Below, piece by piece: positions 1 through 10,411 of a stretch of 64,000 nucleotides of DNA (its first letter is position 1; every line of letters starts with the position of its first letter). The position numbers were made by a program, and so were the translations under genes. The notes beneath the pieces were generated by a model. It worked only from the letters and a program-made list of their open reading frames with translations, did no database searches and was not told the origin of the DNA. The stretch is taken from NCBI RefSeq assembly GCF_052425735.1, contig NC_135759.1, positions 36,890,001-36,954,000 on the forward strand. Reading direction: 5' to 3'. This stretch comes from Oculina patagonica. Taxonomy: Eukaryota.

Positions 1-409
1 TACGAGGCTCAACATTACGGGTGGCAACTTACCCGGTAACATATCAGTGACCGATGCTTATAAAAAGAAAAAAACAAACTGTGGAATTCAACTCAACTGA
101 AATATGAACAAATAAAAACAATGCCAACGGAGTGAAGTAAAAGCTAATGGCGAGAACTTCATTGATGACCATTGATTCCTATACGGAAACCCAATGTGGC
201 AGTTTTGTCATTTCCGTCCGTGATTTGATATTTATTTTTACACTTCCATTTCCAGTTTACTCACGGTATCACTATCATTGTTCGTGATGTTTTGTTTTCA
301 ATTTAATTTTCAGTCTGTCAACACTTGTAAACTCAAGAGGACTTCTGTCTTTTGCTTTTCATCACTATCCCGGTCCGTATGCCCCACCCCATGTGTGAGC
401 ATGAACCTC

Positions 410-490
410 TAGACTGTCCACAGCCTCTCGATTTTTCGGTTCTCGATCGAAAAAAAAAACACGAAAAAATAGAGGGCTGTTGACAGTCTA
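410..490. mobile_element. 81-bp MITE, TAGACT...AGTCTA termini, ~9-bp TSD (AcademH-like)
   Basis: TIR tagactgtccacagcc / ggctgttgacagtcta; flanks atgaacctc (401-409) and ataaacctc (491-499), 1 mismatch. Confidence 0.65.
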
Positions 491-674
491 ATAAACCTCA
501 GGTACTATGGTTCTTTTGTTCTTGCTATTTCTCAAATGGGATATGATTTTCAACGAGATAGTGGCATTTGAAGAATGATATTTTTATTGAGTTTTTAGGG
601 AGTTATCCTTCAAATTAAAATGACCCCTTAAATAATTTAAGAGTAATTGTGTGACACTAGGGTCAGTTGCTTAA

Positions 675-2457
675 GGTGGCTCGATCGGATTTTTGAGTGA
701 CGATACCTTTCTACTTTGAGCAACTTGTACGCCACCGTAAACAATCCGACTAAAAATCGATCAGTATAGCTGTACTAAAGAAAGATGAAAGTTTCGAATG
801 AGATAAGTTTCGTCGAAATCGGAGTAACCATAGCAACATAATGACGTCACCACCCATTTTACACGAGACCGATTTTCTTGTAATAGTGGGATAATTTTGA
901 AAAAAGGCTTCTAGATCTTGGACTTGACATAGTTTTCTCAAGGTCTGCGAAATTTGAAGAATTTCTATGAGAGCGTTTTCGAGAAAATTTTGGATGAAGT
1001 TTTCAGGTGCTAAAATACAACAAAACAAAGCAGTCTTAAAACATTATTGAGAAAACGTTCACAAGGCCCGATCAAGTAACATTTTGGCCTTAAGTGAATC
1101 TTGTAATATCCAATTACCTTGGGAGAAAATCTCAGAGAAATCGTTTCATTTGATTTCTTGAAACATCGGCTTGAATATGAACTGGTATGAAGTGTTATTT
1201 CGCTCTTTTATCGAAAAAGGGCCTTCGCTACTAAAATGATCGCAAAATAAAAAGCGCTCGATAGAATTTTTTTAAACTTGGCAGTCAAAAAGAAAAATAA
1301 GTTTGTAATGAAATGTCTGATTTTCAAAATAATTGAAACATTCTTAGGCAGTTAATTTAAGGCCTTAATTCAGGTAAACATTGCGCTGTTTTTCACCCTA
1401 CATCGGATCGCTGCCTCATTATAAGTCTCTATTGTGTCGTGCCCCGTGCATTTGTAAATTTCAGCACATCTTGAATATGTATGACAGCTGCTTGTTTTCC
1501 GAAAACTGCACAGAAACAAGCTAATTTAACAAGCCAAAATACAATAACAACGAGGAATAGGCTAGTAAAGCACTTGTATTATCTTCAGTCTCCTAATAGT
1601 TTCAAGGCCAAGGCAGAATTGTCATAAAAATCTCCAGTAATAAATAATTAGTGATTCATGATCTACTGGAATTTACAAATGCACGCGGCTTGAGACAATG
1701 GAGACAGATAATGAGGCAGCGATCCGATGTAGGGTGAAAAACAGCGCAATGTTTACCTGAATTAAGGCTTTGAATTAACTGCCTTAAAATGTTTCAATTA
1801 TTTTGAAAATCAGACATTTCATTACAAACTTATTCTTCTTTTTGACTGCCAAGTTTAAAAAAATTCTATCGAGCGTTTTTTATTTTGCGATCATTTTAGT
1901 AAGCGAAGGCCCTTTTTCGATAAAAGAGCGAAATAACACTTCATACCAGTTCATATTCAAGCCGATGTTTCAAGAAATCAAATGAAACGATTTCTCTGAG
2001 ATTTTCTTCCAAGGTAATTAGATAGTTCAAGATTCACTTAAGGCCAAAATGTTACTTGATCGGGCCTTGTGAACGTTCATCTCAATAATGTATTAAGACT
2101 GCTTTGTTTTTGTTGTATTTTAGCACCTGAAAACTTCATCCAAAATTTTCTCGAAAACGCTCTCATAGAAATTCTTCAAATTTCGCAGACCTTGAGAAAA
2201 CTATGTCAAGTCCAAGATCTAGAAGCCTTTTTCAAAATTATCCCTCTATTACAAGAAAATCGGTCTCGTGTAAAATGGGTGGTGACGTCATTATGTTGCT
2301 ATGGTTACTCCGATTTCGACGAAACTTATCTCATTCGAAACTTTCATCTTTCTTTAGTACAGCTATATTGATTGATTTTCAGTCAGATTGTTCACGGTGA
2401 CATACAAGTTGCTCAAAGTTGAAAGGTATCGTCACTCAAAAATCCGATCGAGCCACC
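675..2457. mobile_element. Non-autonomous fold-back DNA transposon with ~800-bp TIRs and TTAA TSD (Kolobok-like)
   Basis: ttaa|ggtggctcgatcgg... at 671-675 and ...ccgatcgagccacc|ttaa at 2457-2461; arms ~675-1477 and ~1654-2457 are near-identical reverse complements (mirror ORFs 750-1028 and 2069-2400); GG...CC termini with TTAA fit Kolobok. Confidence 0.85.
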
Positions 2458-3479
2458 TTAAGCTGACGGATTTCAGACACAGGAAATCCGTCAGTGGAGC
2501 CTGCGACGGGGAAACGCGTTGGATTTCAGAAACAAAAACCAACGGTTCGCAGTCTACAAGAAAACCTGCTGAGAGTTATCACTTTGAGCTCGGAATGCCA
2601 ATTACACGGCAGTGGATTGAAAACTGAAAATATCGTACACAAATATCGCGTTATTTTAAACTCGGAAAGCGATTGCGTGACATCCGGGTAAAAGATCGTG
2701 TGCACACTTTAGCGTGCACACTGTCGCGTGACACTTAGTATAGCAAGTATTTAAAAAAAAAACAGTTTTGGTCTCAGACTGTACTTTTTACCCAGTCTGC
2801 AGTTTGTATTTTATACCAAGTCTACAGTTTGTAATCTGCACATACATAATATACTGTACGTAACAGTGGTCAACAATGACCTATTGATAATTCAACGTAT
2901 CCATTATCCAGTAGTAACATTTTCCCGATCGAGCGATGATGCCCTGGGGTACGCGACAAACCCGCCATATTAAAATAAATTCGCTTCTCAGTCCAACCTA
3001 GATTTTATTGACTGGCTCCGGGTTGCAAACATCTTGTTCGTTTTAGGAGTATAAATAAGCAGTCGGACACACTGCATATGAAACCTGTTTCAAACATCGC
3101 GCGCCAGTAGTGTGTAAAATGCGACAACTAAACCGCAAGGTCTGTTCTTTGCATCATACGGGTCGCTCTATCGAACTGCACTGTAATTTAAATTTCCACA
3201 AAGTTTTTCAAACTTACCTTACTTCAGGCGATCTCAGGTGTTATGATCGAGGTTTGAAGCTCTTTCTTGCACTCGCTGCGATGCACGTTTTTCGTGTCTC
3301 TCGTCTCCAGTTTTCTTTTTAAAAAACTCGTCAAAGACTGGGTTCCATTGCTCTTCCACCGGCCAAACAAGCGACTCTCCCAGCCGGCGCTGTCATATTG
3401 GATTCATTATTTTGATGTTTTTGTCTTGCTAAATCCTCTTACACGGCCTTCTTCTGTGTAAATTATAGTCCTTTTTAAA

Positions 3480-6400
3480 ATGGTGAGTAATCAGAATAGT
3501 GTATTTTCCGTTGCAAATGGTATTACACTTATATTTTCCATCATTCCACACAAGTAGTATTTTGCAGCTGTCACATTCCTGTACTTCGTCATTACAGTTA
3601 CATACGAGATTTATATTACCAGACAATAAGGTACAAATGCTATATCGTGCTCGCAAAGCCACTGATCTAGCTGCCACATAAACTAAGTTTTATGAGAATC
3701 CTAAAAAAAGCTTGACGTTCAATGCATATTTACAATTTTATTAAAATAAAACTTACATTGTTTTTAAAATTAACATGACAACATGTTTGTAAATGAATTT
3801 CAATTGATACATCTAAACTTTGGTCTCAGATTATTTCAGGTAGTTATTCTGTTGTCAGGTATAACCTCGTTTTTTTCTGAAAATATTAATTAAAAAGGTT
3901 TTATAATATTCCTGGCTAGAGTTAGAGTTAATAGTTACAGTCAACTCTCGCCTTGCGGACACCCCCGGCCGCTATTACGGACGCTCGATATTACGGACAA
4001 AATTCAGATCCCCGGCGAAAGTTATAGAGGTTTGACTGGAAATGACTCCCGCTATTACGGACTCTCGCTATTACGGAATTACGGACACTTTCGTGGTACC
4101 AAAAGAACAATTTTATTGTTTTGACTCTCGATAAAGCGGACACCATGAACTTCTCACATAACATTATTGCAGAAAATTGCAGTGTGTTAAATACTATTTG
4201 TCGAAACACACTTCAGAAGTCTTCTTTAATAATTATTTTTGCATCAATTGCGTCAGTAGCTGTTTACCAGACTTTGCGTTTTCACTTCTGCTCTCGCTAT
4301 TACGGACACTAAACGAAGTCCCGAGCGTGTCCGCTATAACAAGAGTTGACTGTACAGTGCATGCAACTACTCCAACTAAGGTCACCCAAGCAAATACTTT
4401 GAAAATTTACCAATAGTGTTTTAGTGGTAAAATGATAAAAATGTCATAAATTTATTGCTTCTGTAGTGTGCAGCTTGTAAGGAAGCAATTTGTCGCAAAT
4501 TTATTTTTAGTGTCCAAGGTTTTTATTTATCAAATTATTTGCACAAAATTTTGTCAGGGGGTGGCCTTGGTTGGAGAAGTCACACTCCAGGGTGCATTCC
4601 ATGCCACGCCGAAGATATGCCAAATATTTTTATAGGTCTATGCCAAGATCCTCTATTATTCTTATCAAAAATGAGTCATCTGTACGCCAGTTCAAAGGTG
4701 CCGACTACAATCGTACGCCAACTGGTACACCATGCAATTTTGAAATCCACGCCGAAGATTTTCGGCGTAACCTACATAGAATGCAGCCTGGGTCACACTG
4801 TGACAATTAGACAGCAAGCCTCAAGGTTTCTATCAGCTTATGGTTGGTGAGGGGTGAAAGCCTCGCCGACTATCAAAAGCTTATAGCACAGTGTTTCATA
4901 AAAGCAATGTCCATATGGGTCTTATTAACTCTGGCATGAATTCTCCTTTCAGGTTGAGCGATTTACAGAGAGTCAAATTGATGGTACAGTAGAACATTTC
5001 TTGGGATGATAATTAATGATTACTTTAATATGAAGTATGGATAGCATTTCATTTTCTAGCTTATTACTTTTTATTATTTTTATTAGTAACTTTAGGCCAT
5101 GTAACTAACTAACTTAATTATTTGTAGTCAGCTTAGTTAAATTGGGTGGCTAAAAGATGCATACGCTTCCTAGTTTTTTTTTTTTTCTCGATCTCCCTGC
5201 CACTTTTTTTCTAACTTAATTAAGGTCATTCTACTGTTTCCTGTTTTGTAATATTTCCTTTGTGTGGCCAAAAAATAAAAACAAAAAACAAAAATTAAGG
5301 TACTGAAATTCTGTTTGAATATACAATGTCATGTACTTTTTCAATTTTTGAGACTAAATTGCTTATTCTGCTGTTGTTTGTTTTGTAGAGTTCAAAGAAT
5401 GTTTCTGCCTATTTGATGGTGATAGTGATGGTATGATTAGTGAAAATGAATTGGGCCTGATAATGAGATCCTTAGGAGAGAATATAACACACAGTGAAAT
5501 TGCAGCATTCATGAAGAAAGCTGGTAAGTCTGTAGGCTTCTCAGAAATGTCTTAATCCAGGTTCAAGAATCAGAATTAAGGCAAATTCAATGTAATAACA
5601 GGGTTCGTATGGGTCCTGAAAAATCTGGAAAGTCCTAGAATTTTATTGTGGAACTTTCCAGGACTGGAATTTAGTCCTGGAAAAAGAAGACCGGTCCTGG
5701 AAAGTTCTGCAAATCGGTTAAACTCAAGTAGCAACTGAATTCTCAGAACTGACATATTTATAAGAAATGTACAGAGAGTAAGGAGAAATTATATTCATTG
5801 AGATCTTGGCAGTGTAAGGGTTACCAGTAATGTGAAATTTTGGAATCCTGAAAAAATCAATCTGAGTCCTTGAAAAGACCTGGAAAAGGGTACGAACCCT
5901 GAATAACCATCAGTTTATGACTGGAAGGGCAAATTAATGTGTGCTTACAAATGGCACAGTGAGACTTGAGGATTTATTTCATGAACTCTTTCTACTAATT
6001 ACCAGCTACCATTATGTCAGGCTCTTTGCATTAATAATGTGCCCTATTTTTGCAAATTTACTGAATGTCCTTTGAATTCCAGGATTATTGTTGCTAGTTC
6101 GTCCAAATAATCCCCACTCCTCCACTGCTATTGAGCCAAAAACTGATGCCTTTTATAGTTTTGAAGCAATGTCGGGGGGGGGGGGGGTACACTGAGGTAT
6201 ATTTAGTGACATGGAGCTGTTGTTTTAAAATGAGAGCAGATCATTGTTAAACCCAATTGAACAGTCATATATTTACAAAACCAGAACCAGAAAAGTCTAA
6301 CAACCAAGTTTCCCAAAACTTCCCCTGGAAACTAAAACTGACTGTCTGCATAGAAAGAGGACAAGGTGGGTTAGGCTTTTTGTCACCCCCTGAAATACCC

Positions 6401-8306
6401 TAACCAAAATCTTTCACCCCCAAAAAAGTCCCAACAAAATTACTAAACCTGCAGAAAAAATCCCCAGACTGCAACTTACTTCAGAGCCTTGAATTTGGAT
6501 TGAGCAAGCATAAACTTGCACACAATAAGTGCTGTAGTGTATGCATGCATACTGTGTGACTGACCCAGGGTGAGGGATTAGCAACCCATCTGACCCAAGC
6601 TGGTGTTAAAGCCCAGATAAGCTCCAGACGTATGAGACATTTTGGCCTATTTATGCATACTAATTATTTTATCAGTGCATACATGCATACAGTTTAAACA
6701 AAAAAATCATTTTTCTAACTGAAGGCATATTGTCATTAAAGATGTGAAATATTATATTGGAGGAGGCATATTAGTTGTCGTTTTAAGTCAGAGACATTTT
6801 TTTATTTTAGGAAAACAAAAGGTGCGATTTCCAGAATTCTTAAGGATGATGGCAGAGCAACGTGGCAAGAACATCAACACTGAACATGAAATTCTGGCTG
6901 CTTTCACAGCTTTAGATAGGAAGAAAACTGGTGTTGTGAGTCGCAAACAACTGCAACATCTGATGACAGGAACCGGTGATAAGCTCACCACAGGAGAATG
7001 TAAATACTTACTAGACTCACAGTCCCCCCCAGCGAGAACGCCGCCGCGGGCCGCCACGTACGAACGGAGAAAAAATGGGGAGAGGAAAAAAACCCGTAGG
7101 TGGGGGAGGGGGGGGGGGGGGAAAAAAACCGCCCCCACCCCCACGCTATGAGCATCCGGCCCCCCCCCGGGTTTGCCCCCCGGGCGGGGCGGCCTCGACT
7201 CACGGAATGGGGATGTGAACAGTCTAGTAAATACTGTAACCCTCAATTAAGTTTTCAGCTTCTAGCTATAATAAAAACAACTTTAGTCCATACCCACAAA
7301 GTGAGAGTCTAGAACCTTCATTGGGTTCTTTAAATGTTTCTATGAAGTATCGGTTTCTGCATCACTTTAATTTATATGGCACCACTCCCCAAAGGGAGAC
7401 TCAGGCTTAATTTCACTGCTTCTTAGCATCTCAGTGGTCTTTGTTTTGGTGTTTGTTAGATTCAGAATTTAATTTTCAGTGAGGTTAGTTCATGGCTGTT
7501 GGTTATTGAACAGATAGGCATGTTTTACTCTCCCTGGGTTCAGCTTACATGAAGTTTGGAAGTTGAAGCCATTTGAAGGGGAAAGGACATGGGCAACTTT
7601 GTCTTCATAAAATCATTAGAATACGGGGCAAGAAACTGTGTTTTCACTGTTAAGGCACTGTGCAGTTAGTTGTATATTAACCAATATTTTCTAACATGTA
7701 CTTTGATTTGTTGTAGTTGATCAAATGCTAAAAGACCTTAAGTTGGACCGCAGTGCCACTATAAGCTATACAGGTTTGTAATTTTTTGCTTCTGTCTTTA
7801 CAACAAGGCCTGGTATACACAAAAAAAATAAAACGGTTTCTGTAGCATGAAGTGACTAAGACAAATTTCTAATCCCCCCTGAATAGGGGGAATAGCATTA
7901 AATTCACTGGAACCCTTTTATACACCTGGATGAAGAGAGGCACTTTAAGTCTGACTAAAGTGTCTTGCCCAGGAACACAATGCAGTTCCCCGGCCAGGGC
8001 TCGAACCCGGACTGGGATCCTCAGAGTCCAGCGCACTAACCATTAGGCCACCGCACCTCCCACCTTGCTGTTTTGGTTGAATAAATTTCTCAGTTTGCAA
8101 AAATGTTTGTTTTGAAGAACAATTGCCTTGTGCATTTGGATCTGGAAAAAGTCCTGAAAAGTTGTGGGGAAATTGTTTTGGAAAACCAGTATAATTTCTG
8201 ACACGAACAAGAAGTCAGGTTTACTCCAGACTGCCAGTGTTATCCTCCAATATTTATTTTTATTTTTTATTTTTTTGCAGATCTTGTACGAGCTGTCACA
8301 CACTGA
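3480..8306 (+). CDS. Calmodulin-like / myosin-light-chain-like EF-hand protein, 146 aa, 6 exons
   Basis: Exons 3480-3482 (ATG|gtgagt), 4953-4983, 5389-5523, 6811-6999, 7717-7773, 8281-8306; all GT-AG, 441 nt. [43 protein letters not shown]...FPEFLRMMA...[16 protein letters not shown]...[12 protein letters not shown]. An ATG-only first exon plus a 31-nt second exon is the calmodulin gene signature. Confidence 0.9.
3938..4352. mobile_element. Tc1/mariner (pogo/Tigger-type) MITE, TA TSD
   Basis: ta|cagtcaactctcg ... caagagttgactg|ta; internal gctattacggac subrepeats. Confidence 0.85.
5040..5295 (+). mobile_element. Probable LINE (L2/CR1-group) 3' UTR remnant
   Basis: T-rich 3'UTR-like sequence ending in aataaa followed by an A-rich (caaaaa) tail. 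Confidence 0.4.
5599..5901. mobile_element. MITE with CAGGGTTCGTA TIR and 5-bp TSD (hAT5-like)
   Basis: aataa|cagggttcgta ... tacgaaccctg|aataa; internal tcctggaaa subrepeats. Confidence 0.75.
7009..7226. mobile_element. MITE of the TAGACT family with 9-bp TSD; interior appears base-call corrupted
   Basis: gtaaatact at 7000-7008 and 7227-7235; ends ...tcacagtccc / gggatgtgaacagtcta; left TIR imperfect. Confidence 0.6.
7836..8060 (-). mobile_element. tRNA-derived SINE (CORE-like central domain)
   Basis: Minus strand reads ggaggtgcggTGGCCTAATGGttagtgcgctggactc...GGTTCGAGCCctggcc (Pol III A and B boxes), then tgtgttcctgggcaagacactt (CORE-like). Confidence 0.8.
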
Positions 8307-9345
8307 TCATGAAAAGAAAACTTCCACACTCAGTAGCTTGCATTATACTCAGTATGTAATTAGCTGGTTTCAACTAATTTGCCTGGATTGGTGGCAAATT
8401 CACTCACTTTTCACACATGCACTATACACCACTATACACTCAATTTACTGAACTGTTTACAAGGCTAAAAGTTTTAATCCTGAATATGACCTACATGTAT
8501 TATGTTTGCAAGTGAAAAACGTAAATGGTGTTTAAGTTTTGTTAAGAGTTTTAAAACTTTTTAGCCTTGTGAATGGTTCTTTTAACCCCAAACGAATATT
8601 GCAGGCACTTGATGCTGAGTTGACAAAATTTGCTTATAACTGAAAGCAGATTCTGTTATATGATCTGATCGGAACCTAATATGCAATGATATTAGCATTG
8701 AGAAAAAAAATACACAAAGATCAGTAGACCTGTAATTATCAGCCATTGTTTTAACGGCTTATTTATTACAAACGTTGTAACGTGTAGGTTTATATGGGAA
8801 CAAAATTTGTATAAAAAAAAAATGTTGAACATAGTCAAATGGTAATGTTATATAAGGGTTGCACATATTCTGCACTGTATATTTATGTATAATTTAAAAC
8901 CGTTTTCTTTTTTTTCTTTTTTTTCTTTTTTCAATAAAGTGAAGGTAAATAAAATCGAAGCTAAGCTTTCACAGAATCAGCTTTTAAATATAGTCACAAA
9001 GATAAGTGAAGGGGTGCCTACTGGGGTTGGGGTCTGGGTCAATAGACTGTCCCAAAACTACTCGGCAGGTTTTTATATTTAGAGCAACTTTTTCCGTTCT
9101 AACAACATTTTCGACAATTTCCGAAGATTCTGATTTTTGTTCGAAAGCCATACGAACGTATCCGATGACTTTTCGAACTTTTCCGAAGATAAACGAAGTT
9201 TACCGAAGATTTCAAAGAAAGTTTTGATGTTTGAACTTTCGATCGAGGTCAGCATTAAAAATTCGTCAGCAGAAAAGACGTCATCCGTTTCTTCGCGATT
9301 GTTCTAACAAGTTTTGGCCTAAATTTTTAAAAGGACAGTTCAGAC

Positions 9346-9867
9346 TAGGGCTTTCCACAAGTTGCTCGGCAACGTTTTGGCAACTTTTTATATTTTGAGG
9401 CAACTTTTTCCCCTTTGAGCAACTTGTTTTCTCTTAAGCAACTTGTTGCATTTTGAGTTATTTTCAGACCGAAGATTTCCGAAGATTATCGTTTCAACTT
9501 TCGGCTAATTCTGTGTTAAAACATTTCAAAACTCGTCAGCAAACATCATGTCATTGATATCTTTACGATTTTTCTCAGTTAAAGAAATCCTTGTTTTTAA
9601 ACGAATTTTCCCCTACAAATGTTTTTTAAGATATTTCGTTTGCTGTAAAATTGCAAATAAAAATGTTCAGAAATCTAACCCTCAAAGGGAAATTAGCATA
9701 GCTTATAGAAATTCTCTTGATTAGAAGCAGCGTTTTGGAATCTTTGGAACAGTTTTCGAGCAACTTTTATTATCAGAAGCAACTTTTTTGGAGCAACTTT
9801 TGAGCAACTTTTTGAGAAATAACTGGCAATTTTTTTGGAAATCTCGAGCAACTTGTGGAAAGCCCTA
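9346..9867. mobile_element. hAT-family MITE, 8-bp TSD
   Basis: gttcagac|tagggctttccacaagttgctcg ... cgagcaacttgtggaaagcccta|gttcagac; internal gagcaacttt subrepeats. Confidence 0.9.
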
Positions 9868-10411
9868 GTTCAGACGGTCTTACTAAATGGTGCTTCTTGA
9901 CCCTTGCTTCTTGTGTAGCTCTTTTGTCTTCAGAAGGCATAGAATGAGGCTCTGATGTCGCAAATGTCAAAGATAACGTCAAAAAAAAAACAATCTTAAC
10001 AGTCTGTGGACCTCTACTAGTGGCGTTATGGAGAAAGGAGGTTTGTTTATTGAAAGTCCTACAACATATCAAAACGGGGGGGCGACCCCCCCCCCCCCAA
10101 AAAAAAAAATATATATATATAAATAAATAAATAAAAAAATAAGGGATAAAATCAGTGGGATCAAGAAGAGCCAATTAGTGGAAGATCCCACTGTAAATTA
10201 CCATTATTTTTTTATTATTTTCTATCAAAAATAGTTACAAAATAGCGATTTATTTCAATTTTATCATACATTCGTTAATCAACCAGCGAGCGGGGTTGAT
10301 TTGAACAAGCCAAATGGATGCAACATATGACCACCTCACTCCAGTTCCAAGGCGAATAAGTAACGGAAAAGGAAGGTGGGGAATTGTTTTGTGGTCAAGC
10401 AAACATGGCTA

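Noticed and set aside
2-100. Short open frame at the left edge (TRLNITGGNLPG...)
   Set aside because: Too short and truncated to call as the end of a gene
750-2400. Mirror-image ORFs (92, 60, 100, 65 aa)
   Set aside because: They arise from the two arms of the fold-back element, are frameshifted relative to each other and carry no transposase motifs
4539-4850. Overlapping 103- and 79-aa ORFs in intron 1 of the calmodulin-like gene, with an acceptor-like ag near 4557
   Set aside because: No recognisable homology; splicing from the ATG exon hits a stop after ~26 codons. It could be a poison exon or TE relic, but nothing supports this
6744-7312. Gly/Pro/Arg-rich ORFs
   Set aside because: Only 6811-6999 is exon; the rest is a MITE with corrupted sequence
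7985-8060. tRNA-like sequence with A and B boxes
   Set aside because: It is a SINE head: it continues into a core domain and lacks a proper cloverleaf and terminator
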